In this document: positions 21,520 through 30,674 of the stretch, piece after piece | Position numbering within the stretch: position 1 is the stretch's first letter | Layout: each line of letters starts with the position of its first letter | Assembly (NCBI RefSeq): GCF_000299365.1 | Contig: NC_018655.1 | Location: 1,170,001 to 1,202,000 of the forward strand | Direction: 5' to 3' | DNA length: 32,000 bases | Origin: Candidatus Nitrosopumilus koreensis AR1 | GTDB lineage: Archaea; Thermoproteota; Nitrososphaeria; Nitrososphaerales; Nitrosopumilaceae | Position numbers and translations under genes: made by a program | The notes under the pieces: model-generated | What the model saw: the letters and a program-made list of their open reading frames with translations, nothing else | Database searches by the model: none | Told to the model about the DNA's origin: nothing

Positions 21520-22556
21520 TCGCTACTTTTACTGGCTTTGGACATTAATGCCAATATTATTGCCACTGCTCCAGTAATGATAAACGCGGCCATAACTCCA
21601 TATCCTAATTCTTTACCAAGTCCTTTGAAGGAAGTTTCTTTAGGAACAGATGTTTTAGGTTCAACCACACACATTCCATCTTTTAGAACAGTTCCAGAAC
21701 CGCATCTTTCATCTAAAACACATACACCGTCTTTTAGAATAGTTCCTTCTCCACATTCTGTTGTTTCTTTAGGAGTATCCACAGGTGTTTCTACAGGGGT
21801 TTCAACAGTAGATTCAGACTGTTCTTCTTCAATTTCTGCAATTAGTTTATCTAATTCAGATTTTGAAATATCTAGTGCTTCATGAAAAGTATAGTCTGAA
21901 TAATTATCTTCAAACCATTTTTTGTAAGAGGGTTCAGTGACATATCTTTCAACATAATATTTTGTATCTTTAGAAGAATCTACAAAAGATGCGGGAATTT
22001 GTTTTTCAGTTGTTTCATCTACCATAGATTCATCATCAGATGATTCATCCAGAGTTTGGCCAAATACAGTTCCAATTATTTCTAAATCTTCAGAACCAGC
22101 AGGTATTTTGATGTTTAAAGTTCTACTTTGAGCAGTGGTGGTTTCTGAAAAATCAGCTTCTAAACCATCAACTATAACGAAAAATGGATCATCTTCACCA
22201 TCATAAATTGAATCAAAAAATGTACGTTCAAAAATTATATTTAATTCTCCAGAGTCACCAATTACATTAATTCCAAAAAGCAGTTCTGCAGAATCAGATA
22301 AAGTTTCGGCAGTAACACTAGTAATTTCAACTTGTTTAGCAGTATATTCAAAATCATAAGGCGTGCCATCAACATCAACTGACATTGTTTCAGCATACAC
22401 AAATGCTGATGAGATAATTGTAAAGAAGATCAATCCAAGAGATATTTTTAACAAAGAATTTCCATTTGGCAAATGTCTTAGTCGTTCAGATTGAAATTGT
22501 CTCATGCTAGTGTTATTCAATACGATTAACGTCCTCCAAATAGATGTTAAAAACAA
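21516..22556 (-). CDS. Secreted, C-terminally anchored hypothetical protein with a PVET linker and duplicated Cys module
   Basis: The ORF-track start is TTG; ATG at 22505 (MRQFQ...) is more likely. Signal/anchor LLKISLGLIFFTIISSAFVYA, a domain ending LEIIGT, a PVETPVETPVDTP linker, CGEGTILKDGVCV / CGSGTVLKDGMCV, and a C-terminal TM plus KASKSSD. Confidence 0.6.
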   Translation of the reverse strand: MFLTSIWRTLIVLNNTSMRQFQSERLRHLPNGNSLLKISLGLIFFTIISSAFVYAETMSVDVDGTPYDFEYTAKQVEITSVTAETLSDSAELLFGINVIGDSGELNIIFERTFFDSIYDGEDDPFFVIVDGLEADFSETTTAQSRTLNIKIPAGSEDLEIIGTVFGQTLDESSDDESMVDETTEKQIPASFVDSSKDTKYYVERYVTEPSYKKWFEDNYSDYTFHEALDISKSELDKLIAEIEEEQSESTVETPVETPVDTPKETTECGEGTILKDGVCVLDERCGSGTVLKDGMCVVEPKTSVPKETSFKGLGKELGYGVMAAFIITGAVAIILALMSKASKSSD

Positions 22557-22624
22557 AGAGACGACAATAAATCACGTAAAAGTCAATTTTTTTGCTTATT
22601 TTTAAAGTTCAGGCAGAAATTCTT

Positions 22625-23557
22625 CTAGATTACGCCTCTCAAAATCTGAACAATCTTCTCAGCAATTACATTTGCAGCCAAAGATTGCGCTTCTTTTGTT
22701 TGAGCGCCAATATGAGGAGTTAAGATTACATTGTCAAGTTCTGCTAGCTTTGTTCCAATAGCAGGTTCTTTTTCAAATACATCTAAAGCTGCACCACCCA
22801 GAGTACCATTTTTGAGAGCATCATAAAGTGCATCCTCATCAACCACACCACCTCTAGAAGTATTGATAATTTTTGCAGTATTTTTCATAGTAGACATTTT
22901 TTGTGCATCCAATAGATGATAAGTTGAATCTAATAATGGAACATGAATAGAGATGTAATCAGAGCTTTGAAGCAATGTATTCAAATCTGCTTTCATCAAA
23001 CCAACTTCTTTTGAAAATTCTTCATCGATTGGAACCACATCATATCCGATAATGTTCATGTTTAGTGCATGTGCAAGTCTACCTAATCTTTTTCCAATAT
23101 TTCCTAGTCCAATAATTCCAAGATATTTTCCCCTAAGTTCCGTTCCTTTCAATTCTTTTTTGAGCCATTGTTCATTTCTAATTCCTCTATCACCACGTGT
23201 GGTTTGTCTTGCAAGAGATAACATTAAGCCTAAAACTAATTCAGCAACGGCATTCATTGCGCCTTCAACGGCATTAATTACTCGAATATTTTTTGCTTTT
23301 GCAGCTTCTTGATCAACATTATCTAGTCCAACACCTACACGAGCAATAATTTTACAATTATCAGCTTTATCGATCATGTCTTTTGTAATTGTAGTTCTAC
23401 TTCTAACAATTACAATATTGTAGTTAGCAATTTTTTCTAAAATTTGTTCAGGGGTAATTTCTGGTTCATATGATACTTTCAGACCATTATCTTCTAAAAT
23501 TTTATTTAAAATTGGATCTACTTCATCACAAATTAGTACAGAATCATCAAATCCCAT
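22625..23557 (-). CDS. serA: D-3-phosphoglycerate dehydrogenase / D-isomer-specific 2-hydroxyacid dehydrogenase (short form)
   Basis: 310 aa. NAD-binding GIIGLGNIGKRLG, plus NTSRGGVVDE and LTPHIGAQT catalytic-region motifs. Confidence 0.8.
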   Translation of the reverse strand: MGFDDSVLICDEVDPILNKILEDNGLKVSYEPEITPEQILEKIANYNIVIVRSRTTITKDMIDKADNCKIIARVGVGLDNVDQEAAKAKNIRVINAVEGAMNAVAELVLGLMLSLARQTTRGDRGIRNEQWLKKELKGTELRGKYLGIIGLGNIGKRLGRLAHALNMNIIGYDVVPIDEEFSKEVGLMKADLNTLLQSSDYISIHVPLLDSTYHLLDAQKMSTMKNTAKIINTSRGGVVDEDALYDALKNGTLGGAALDVFEKEPAIGTKLAELDNVILTPHIGAQTKEAQSLAANVIAEKIVQILRGVI

Positions 23558-23624
23558 GAAATAAGAAATAGAGCTACGGAATATAATTCATTCAAAATAA
23601 TAAAAAGAAAAAGATGTTATGTTA

Positions 23625-25037
23625 TCAAGAAGTTAGCATTTCGGCTACTACAGGAATTACTTCCCATAATGCGACATAATCGCCACTTGCTTGCATTTCA
23701 GAAGCTACTTCATCAGTGTATAAACCGTGAATGTTTAGTGCAGGATGAGCAATACTGTTTGCTCCCATTGGTGGGACAGCATCACTTGGATTGCCTAAAG
23801 CGTATGCATAAGATGCTACTGGTGCTGGAATAACTCCTTTCTCAACGAGAACTGGGTTCAAGCCGAATGGGTCACCTGCTACAAAGACTGTAGCTGCGCC
23901 AGTGTAAATTGCTGCATAGTCATGGTTTACTGCTGCATATGCACCTGGTTCATCAAAGACCAAGTCAACAATCATGTTCTGTGAGCCACCGAGTAACCAT
24001 GTTTCAGTTGCTGCGGATTGGACTCTATTGCCTTGGACAACTCTATCCAAAATTTCTCCAACAATGTGGAAGAATAGTGGTTCGTTACCATGGTTTTCAA
24101 TAAAGAGTCTCACGTGTTGATCATTTTCAACAAACAAGAGTTGTGATTGGTATTGCTTGTGTTCAAGTCCATTCCATGGTTGTGCAACAAAGATGTTCTT
24201 GTTTACATCGCCATTGACGAGTAAGTTATGAGCCATGTTTGGTACATAACCAAATTGCATTCCGTTAACAACTGTTGCAGTGTTATGATGTTGGAACATT
24301 GCTCCTGCATCATAGTTGCCTTCAGGTGTAAGGTACAATTGATTGTATTGGAGTTGGAACTCTAATGCATCTGCATCATAGAATTTTCTGTCAATTTCGC
24401 CACTTCCACTGGTTTTCTCAACCATTAATTTCTTGTATCCATCAGCTGGATCAACAATTGCAATTCCGTACATGCCGGAAAGTACATGTTGGTCCATACC
24501 AATTAGTTTGACACCAGAACAATGGTATTTGAAAACACCAGCAGCTTCAGCGATGTAACAGTACTGACTTGTTTCACCAGGATTAACTGATTCAAAGTTT
24601 CCTGCTGACATTTGTGATGCGTGCATGTCGTTACCGTGTCCAGTAACTTCATCATCTGGAATTGTAAGTGTCATTTTTACAACATCGCCTTGTGTGACTC
24701 TAAGTGTTGGTCCTGGGACTTGTCCACTAAAGGTCATGGCATTGTAAGTTTTTCCTCCCATAATTGGAAGTTCAACACTTTCACCAGTCAAGTTAAACTC
24801 AACTACTGTTCTACCAGAATTTTCTAGAACACCACAATCAGTTTCTGCGAATGCTTGAGGCATTACAAGCTGCAAACCGCCCATTTGATGGATTTTCTCA
24901 ATTACATCGATATCCATTTTTTCCATATCGAGTGATTGCCCACCAATTTGGGTTTGTGTGTATGTGCTTCCGAATAAGGTTGCGCCCATTACAGCTACTG
25001 CTGCAATTGTAAAGAGCATACTAACACGCTTATTCAT
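23625..25037 (-). CDS. nirK: NirK-like multicopper oxidase (copper nitrite reductase family)
   Basis: 470 aa with an N-terminal signal/anchor. HGNDMHAS corresponds to HNxDFHAA, and the segment also contains PGETSQY...FKYHCSG...DQHVLSGMYG (type-1/type-2 Cu ligand pattern) followed by a second cupredoxin-like domain. Confidence 0.7.
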   Translation of the reverse strand: MNKRVSMLFTIAAVAVMGATLFGSTYTQTQIGGQSLDMEKMDIDVIEKIHQMGGLQLVMPQAFAETDCGVLENSGRTVVEFNLTGESVELPIMGGKTYNAMTFSGQVPGPTLRVTQGDVVKMTLTIPDDEVTGHGNDMHASQMSAGNFESVNPGETSQYCYIAEAAGVFKYHCSGVKLIGMDQHVLSGMYGIAIVDPADGYKKLMVEKTSGSGEIDRKFYDADALEFQLQYNQLYLTPEGNYDAGAMFQHHNTATVVNGMQFGYVPNMAHNLLVNGDVNKNIFVAQPWNGLEHKQYQSQLLFVENDQHVRLFIENHGNEPLFFHIVGEILDRVVQGNRVQSAATETWLLGGSQNMIVDLVFDEPGAYAAVNHDYAAIYTGAATVFVAGDPFGLNPVLVEKGVIPAPVASYAYALGNPSDAVPPMGANSIAHPALNIHGLYTDEVASEMQASGDYVALWEVIPVVAEMLTS

Positions 25038-25146
25038 TATCAGCGTTGGTCTCTGAATCCTATATAATAATTCCCATTATGGATATATGATTTTATGAAA
25101 ATATCTGAAAAAGAATGAATAGTGGGGCAAAATAATTGGTTTTAGA

Positions 25147-26508
25147 ATGAAATTTCGATTAGATCAAGACTCACTAGGTAAAGTCAAAATCCCATCTGAC
25201 GCATATTATGGGGCATTTACTGGTAGAGCAATCAAGCAATATCATGTAACAGGAAACAAATCTCACGAGAATTTGATAAAGTCGTTTGTCATGATAAAAC
25301 GATCAGCTGCTGTGGCAAACATGAAAACAAAGGTTATTGACGCTAGACGTGGAAAAGCAATAGTTTCTGCTTGTGATAAAATTTTGTCAGGAAAACACGT
25401 TGATCAGTTTGTTGTAGACATGATAAACTCCGGGGCAGGAACTGCATTTAACATGAATTCAAACGAAGTAATTGCAAATGTAGCATTAGAAATTTTACAT
25501 AAAAAGAAAGGACAATACGAGTTCTTACATCCAAATGATCACGTAAACATGTCACAATCAAGTAACGATACATATCCAACAGCCATGCATGTTGCAATTT
25601 TGATGAATCTCAAAGAAACAATTCTATCTATTGATATTTTGATAAAGTCGTTATCAAAAAAAGCAAAGCAATTTTCGTCATTTAAGAAAATCGGAAGAAC
25701 ACATCTTATGGATGCATTACCAGTTACATTAGGTAGTGAATTTGCAGCTTATGTTACATCAATTACAAAAGCAAGAAATGAAATTGTTGCATCACAAAAA
25801 GAATTACAAAATGTTGCATTAGGAGGAACGGCTGTTGGCTCTGGTGCAAATACACCAAAAGGTTACAGGAAGATTGCAATTTCAGAACTTGCAAAAATTT
25901 CAAAATTATCATTAAAACCTGAAAAAGACATGCAGCATGGATTGCAAAGCAAGTATGCAGTTGCAAATTGTTCAAGTGCATTACGCAACCTAGCATTAGA
26001 AATTGGAAAACTTGCAAATGATATCAGATTAATGGCATCAGGTCCAATTGCAGGGCTAGCAGAGATTGGAATTCCTGCAGTTCATGCAGGTTCCTCAATT
26101 ATGCCTGGAAAAGTAAACCCATCATTAGCAGAATGCATGAACATGATTTGTTTCAACATTATTGGAAATGATACTGCAGTATCTTATGCAGCACAAAGTG
26201 GACAGTTTGAGCTTAATGTAATGCTGCCAGGAATGCTAAAGTGCATGTTAGAGTCAACAGATATGTTAAAGAATTTCTTGCCAATATTTTCTGCAAATCT
26301 TATTGATGGTTTAACTGCAAACAAAGATAAATTGCGTGCTGACATTGAAAACAGTCCAGTAATTGTTACGCTGTTAACACCAAAAATCGGATATCTAAAA
26401 TCTGCAGAACTTTTCAAAGAATCGTTAAAAACAGGAAAAACTATCAGAGAATTAGTTGTTTCAAAGAAATTAATGACTAACAAAGAAATCGACTCTCTGT
26501 TTGGATAA
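25147..26508 (+). CDS. Class II fumarate hydratase / aspartate ammonia-lyase family enzyme
   Basis: 453 aa with the family signature GSSIMPGKVNP, plus SSNDTYPTAMH and GRTHLMDALP. I cannot separate FumC from AspA by eye (DAYYG and ICFNIIGND resemble AspA; GKVNP resembles FumC). Confidence 0.85.
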   Translation: MKFRLDQDSLGKVKIPSDAYYGAFTGRAIKQYHVTGNKSHENLIKSFVMIKRSAAVANMKTKVIDARRGKAIVSACDKILSGKHVDQFVVDMINSGAGTAFNMNSNEVIANVALEILHKKKGQYEFLHPNDHVNMSQSSNDTYPTAMHVAILMNLKETILSIDILIKSLSKKAKQFSSFKKIGRTHLMDALPVTLGSEFAAYVTSITKARNEIVASQKELQNVALGGTAVGSGANTPKGYRKIAISELAKISKLSLKPEKDMQHGLQSKYAVANCSSALRNLALEIGKLANDIRLMASGPIAGLAEIGIPAVHAGSSIMPGKVNPSLAECMNMICFNIIGNDTAVSYAAQSGQFELNVMLPGMLKCMLESTDMLKNFLPIFSANLIDGLTANKDKLRADIENSPVIVTLLTPKIGYLKSAELFKESLKTGKTIRELVVSKKLMTNKEIDSLFG

Positions 26509-26511
26509 AGT

Positions 26512-27780
26512 ATGGCAAAAATTTTTGTAGAATCTTATGGATGTTCTGCAAGTTTTGCAGATTCAGAAATGATTTCAGGATTAATTCTAAATGGAGGTCA
26601 CACACTAGTAGAAGATTCTGAAGAGTCAGATCTAAACATTGTCGTCACATGTTCTGTGAAAGATGCAACAGCAAACAAGATGATTCACAGAATAAAATCA
26701 TTGAAAACAAAACCTCTTGTGGTAGCTGGTTGCTTACCAAAAGCTGAAAAAGAAACAGTTGAAAGATTTTCTGAAAATGCTAGTCTTTTAGGTCCAAATT
26801 CATTAGGTAAAACTCTTCAAGTGATTGATTCTACACTTCAAGGAAGAAAAGAGATTGCATTAGAAGACTCTGATTTATCAAAAGTAGGACTCCCAAAAGT
26901 CAGACTAAATCCAGCAGTAGGAATAGTTGAGATTGCAAGTGGGTGTATGAGCGAATGTACGTTTTGTCAAACTAAAATTTCCAAAGGCGATCTCCAAAGC
27001 TACAGACTGGGAGATATTGTTAGACAAGTAAAAACGGAAATTGATGAAGGATGTAAAGAAATTTGGTTAACATCAACTGATAACGGATGTTACGGATTGG
27101 ACATTGGAACAGATTTACCTGCATTAATTAATGCAGTTTCAGAAATTCCAGAGGACTTTATGGTTAGAGTTGGAATGATGAATCCAATGTACATGCCAAG
27201 AATTAAAGAAAAATTAATTGAATCATACGAAAATGACAAAGTCTTCAAATTTCTTCATATTCCAGTACAAAGTGGAAGTGACAAAGTACTACAGGATATG
27301 AAAAGAGGTCATACTGCAGGAACATTTAGAGAGATAGTAAAAAAGGCAAAAGAGAGATTTCCAAACTTTACTATTTCAACAGATATCATAGTAGGTTTCC
27401 CATCAGAAACAAGAGAAGACTTTGAAAAAACAGTAGAATTACTTGATGAAACAAGACCAGATGTAGTAAATTTATCAAAATATAGCGCCAGACCAGGAAC
27501 CGAAGCTGCTGAATGGGAACAAATCGATGTTGCAGAAGTAAAGTCAAGAAGCAAGGAGATTTTTGAGCAGATCAACAAAATATCGCTAGATAACAACAAA
27601 AAATGGATCGGGTGGAAAGGAAACGTCCTCTTTGATGAAAAGACAGAGGATGGCATCAAAGGTAGAAACTTTGCTTACAAGCCAGTGTTTGTTCCAGAAC
27701 AAGTAGACATAGGACAATCACATACAGTAGAAATTATCGATGCTACTCAAAACAGCCTGCTTGGAAAGATCGCAAGCTAA
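26512..27780 (+). CDS. MiaB-like radical-SAM tRNA methylthiotransferase (archaeal/eukaryotic-type MTTase)
   Basis: 422 aa with radical-SAM CxxxCxxC (GCMSECTFCQT), N-terminal MTTase Cys residues (YGCSAS, VTCSV, AGC) and a C-terminal TRAM-like end. It starts 3 nt after the upstream stop. Confidence 0.85.
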   Translation: MAKIFVESYGCSASFADSEMISGLILNGGHTLVEDSEESDLNIVVTCSVKDATANKMIHRIKSLKTKPLVVAGCLPKAEKETVERFSENASLLGPNSLGKTLQVIDSTLQGRKEIALEDSDLSKVGLPKVRLNPAVGIVEIASGCMSECTFCQTKISKGDLQSYRLGDIVRQVKTEIDEGCKEIWLTSTDNGCYGLDIGTDLPALINAVSEIPEDFMVRVGMMNPMYMPRIKEKLIESYENDKVFKFLHIPVQSGSDKVLQDMKRGHTAGTFREIVKKAKERFPNFTISTDIIVGFPSETREDFEKTVELLDETRPDVVNLSKYSARPGTEAAEWEQIDVAEVKSRSKEIFEQINKISLDNNKKWIGWKGNVLFDEKTEDGIKGRNFAYKPVFVPEQVDIGQSHTVEIIDATQNSLLGKIAS

Positions 27781-27853
27781 ATTTTTTAGATCTAAAATTT
27801 GATTAAAAAAACGTAAGAAGGTTTTTTATGGAATTCAGTGAATAGGAACTGAA

Positions 27854-28804
27854 ATGAGTTTTCAAGTAAAAGAACCAATTTTAGTAATAGGTCTGGGTGG
27901 CGCAGGCTCAAAATTAGCAGTTAAGGCAAAAGATGCACTAAATTCAGATTGTCTTCTAATCAGTAATGATTCAAAGGACTTCATAGAAGAAGTGCCATCT
28001 GTTCATGTTTCAACTGATTCTGTGATAAATCCATCTATGCAATTAATCAGAGGCTCAACTTATGATGTTTCAGAAGAGATCAAGTCAAAAATTTCAGGTT
28101 ATTCTACTGTGGTAATGATGAGTAATTTGGCTGGAAAAGCAGGCTCAGCCATAGCACCAGTTGTTTCAGAAATGTGTAAGGAATCAAACAAAGGACTGAT
28201 TTCATTTGCAATTATGCCTTTCAAATACGAAAAAGATAGAATTTTCAATTCTGGTGTTGCATTAAAGAGAGTTAGAGAAAACTCTGAATGTACTGTTGTG
28301 CTTGATAACGATTCATTACTTGAGAGCAATCCAGATTTGACTCCAAAAGCATGCTATGATATTGCAAACTCTGCAATAATACACGTAGTTGAATCACTTG
28401 GAGCCTCAGAGATGGCTTCTGAGACAAATATTCTTACAACAAGCAAAGACGGACAAAATATCGAAGATTCGCTTAGAGATTCACTAAAAATGCTATATGA
28501 AAATGCCCCACCAAATACAGTAAAGCGTTCAATGCTATATGTCGTAGGAGGAAGCAATATTCCAGTAGGAGTATTAAATTCAATTACAAATCTTACAAGC
28601 GGAATTCTAAATGAGAGTAATTCACAAATTGATATGACTTCAACTACCGAAGAATCTAAAGTAGTGATGTTGTCATCCATTCAAGGAATGACAAAATTTG
28701 ATAATTATGATCCTCTTGGGATGATTTCACAAGAAAATACACTTGACTGGGTTACACCAGATTGTAGTATTGATTGTAAACTAGATTTACCACAACTAGA
28801 ATAA
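27854..28804 (+). CDS. Divergent FtsZ/tubulin-superfamily protein with a degenerate GTP-binding signature
   Basis: 316 aa. ILVIGLGGAGSKLA corresponds to the FtsZ N-terminal loop, and VVLDNDSLLE to the NDxLL region. The GGGTG[ST]G position reads NLAGKAGSA. Confidence 0.6.
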   Translation: MSFQVKEPILVIGLGGAGSKLAVKAKDALNSDCLLISNDSKDFIEEVPSVHVSTDSVINPSMQLIRGSTYDVSEEIKSKISGYSTVVMMSNLAGKAGSAIAPVVSEMCKESNKGLISFAIMPFKYEKDRIFNSGVALKRVRENSECTVVLDNDSLLESNPDLTPKACYDIANSAIIHVVESLGASEMASETNILTTSKDGQNIEDSLRDSLKMLYENAPPNTVKRSMLYVVGGSNIPVGVLNSITNLTSGILNESNSQIDMTSTTEESKVVMLSSIQGMTKFDNYDPLGMISQENTLDWVTPDCSIDCKLDLPQLE

Positions 28805-29119
28805 AACTTTGTCTTCAACTTTTGGAGTTTCTTTTTCGGTAGTTACTTTAGATTCAATTTCTTCCTCATATGGAGAAACAAGAACATAGCCCTCGTCAGT
28901 CTTGCTCATTCGAACTCTAATTTTTCTTGGAGGGCTACGAATTCCTTTTGCCCAAATTTGATGAGCCAAGTCTTCTTCAATTTTAATATCTTCAACTTTC
29001 ATGTGATGACGAGCAAATTCTTTAATCATGTTAATTGCTCTGACTGCTCTATGTTGTGATTGTGAGAGCAATACTTTGCCGAGATTAATTGTATAAACAC
29101 GTTCTAATTCTTGAGACAT
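28796..29119 (-). CDS. rpl31e: 50S ribosomal protein L31e
   Basis: 107 aa. ERVYTINLGK...RAVRAINMIKEFARHHMK...IWAKGIRSPPRKIRVRM is characteristic of L31e. Its 3' end overlaps the convergent ftsZ-like gene by 9 nt. Confidence 0.85.
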   Translation of the reverse strand: MSQELERVYTINLGKVLLSQSQHRAVRAINMIKEFARHHMKVEDIKIEEDLAHQIWAKGIRSPPRKIRVRMSKTDEGYVLVSPYEEEIESKVTTEKETPKVEDKVLF

Positions 29120-29278
29120 CTATCCTACCTCCACATCAGTTGATCTCCAAGCTCTACGTTTTGGATTTGTTCTAACACTTCTCTTTGTTTTGAGAATAAT
29201 CCAAGCTGGTACAGGTGATGCCTGTTTTGTTTTTTTCAACAGACGAATTTTCCTTGGAGAGGACTTACGTGCAGCCAT
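29120..29278 (-). CDS. rpl39e: 50S ribosomal protein L39e
   Basis: 52 aa, not in the ORF track: MAARKSSPRKIRLLKKTKQASPVPAWIILKTKRSVRTNPKRRAWRSTDVEVG*. The stop abuts the L31e ATG. A TTTAAAAA box lies about 28 nt upstream of the ATG. Confidence 0.8.
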   Translation of the reverse strand: MAARKSSPRKIRLLKKTKQASPVPAWIILKTKRSVRTNPKRRAWRSTDVEVG

Positions 29279-29315
29279 AGTTTTTCAGGCACGAAGAGCT
29301 CTTTTTAAATGAATC

Positions 29316-29867
29316 TCAGGATTTTAGGCCACTATGAATTTGTTTTAGTATTCTAGCAGAAGCACCCCATACTATTTTGTTTTGATACTCAAATGTATAC
29401 ATCTCTTGAATGATGTTATGAGTGGGATTAGGGTCTTGTGCCATAGTTTTCAAAAAAGACTCCAAAGGTATATGAAAAATTTTTTCAACTTCACAGTTTG
29501 CAGAAAGTTTGGGTATTTCATTAACAACAGAAATGAAGGGCAAGATAAGAAAACCAGAGTTCAATGTAACCACAGGATCTAATTGTCCTACAACCTGATC
29601 TCGGGTAATGGTCAACCCAATCTCTTCACTAGTTTCACGAAGTGCAGTATCAAGAAGATCAGAATCACTAGTATCCAGTTTTCCTCCAGGAAAAGATATT
29701 TCGCCTGCATGAAATTTCATATTTTTTGGTTTCTCAGTCATCACAACCTTTGGTTCCTGTCCATAAATTACAACAAGGATTGAAGCCAAACGATATTTTT
29801 TAGTATTTTCTAAAATAGGATCAATCGGAGTAGAAAATAGGGATTCAATTTTTTCCAGTGTTAACAT
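29316..29867 (-). CDS. Nudix hydrolase (CoA-pyrophosphatase-like)
   Basis: 183 aa with the Nudix box GGKLDTSDSDLLDTALRETSEEIGL (G-x5-E-x7-RE-x-xEE-x-G). Confidence 0.8.
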   Translation of the reverse strand: MLTLEKIESLFSTPIDPILENTKKYRLASILVVIYGQEPKVVMTEKPKNMKFHAGEISFPGGKLDTSDSDLLDTALRETSEEIGLTITRDQVVGQLDPVVTLNSGFLILPFISVVNEIPKLSANCEVEKIFHIPLESFLKTMAQDPNPTHNIIQEMYTFEYQNKIVWGASARILKQIHSGLKS

Positions 29868-29936
29868 TACTTTCCCACTTTTCCATATCGGTTTTAGTAT
29901 TCAAAGGTTTTAACCAAGGATACAAAAAATTACAAT

Positions 29937-30674
29937 ATGACAATTAGATATGAAGCTAATCCTCCTAAAATTTTACCTAATGTAGATACAGACGAATCGA
30001 TAAAGAAATTCATTGAGAAGATAAAAAGTATTTCAAAAAAATGTGACGCAATTCATCTTACAGAAAATGTGTTAGGATATCAAAGAGTATCTCCATTAGA
30101 CGTAGGAAAAATAATAAGAAAAGAAATTCCAGATTTGCCAATAACAGTCAGTCTTAGAGTTAGAGATAAGACCGAAGAAGAAATTTCACAGTTTGTAGAA
30201 AAATGTATTGATATTAGTTTTTCAGGAATTCTGGTTTTGATGGGAGACCCCTCACAAACAGGTAAAACCGATTCAGGTCAAATTCCAAGTTTGACTGTAA
30301 AAAAATTAAGAGAAAAGAACATTGATTCAAAAATTGATTTGTACCTTTCAGTATCAAACAAACCAAATTTTTCAAAACTTGAAAAGAAACTTAATGCAAA
30401 ACCAAAAGGATTCATGACTCAAGTGGTACAAAACATACAGCAAGTACAAGACTTATCAGATAACCTAAAAGAATTTTCAGTTATTCCAATCATATTATTT
30501 CCCTCACAAAAAAATGAAAAATCTGCAAAGTTTTTGAATTTGGATTTAGAGTCATATAGTCAAGGATTTGAAGAATTGTTAAAAAAATCACATAAAATTA
30601 CAGGGGATATTCTAATTACATCTCCAAATGATTTTACAGGATTAAACGAGTTTTTGAGTAAAATAACTTTCTAA
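29937..30674 (+). CDS. Methylenetetrahydrofolate reductase-like (MetF-like) protein
   Basis: 245 aa. YEANPPK, IHLTENVLG, SLRVRDKTEEE...GILVLMGDP and KPKGFMTQVV parallel the conserved MTHFR blocks. Adjacent and convergent to metH. Confidence 0.55.
   Translation: MTIRYEANPPKILPNVDTDESIKKFIEKIKSISKKCDAIHLTENVLGYQRVSPLDVGKIIRKEIPDLPITVSLRVRDKTEEEISQFVEKCIDISFSGILVLMGDPSQTGKTDSGQIPSLTVKKLREKNIDSKIDLYLSVSNKPNFSKLEKKLNAKPKGFMTQVVQNIQQVQDLSDNLKEFSVIPIILFPSQKNEKSAKFLNLDLESYSQGFEELLKKSHKITGDILITSPNDFTGLNEFLSKITF

Noticed and set aside
29293-29302. 10-bp perfect palindrome AAGAGCTCTT between the Nudix gene and L39e
   Set aside because: It is too short to stand out and has no loop. It lies next to the TTTAAAAA box of the L39e promoter and is most simply explained by chance or as part of a terminator/promoter junction.
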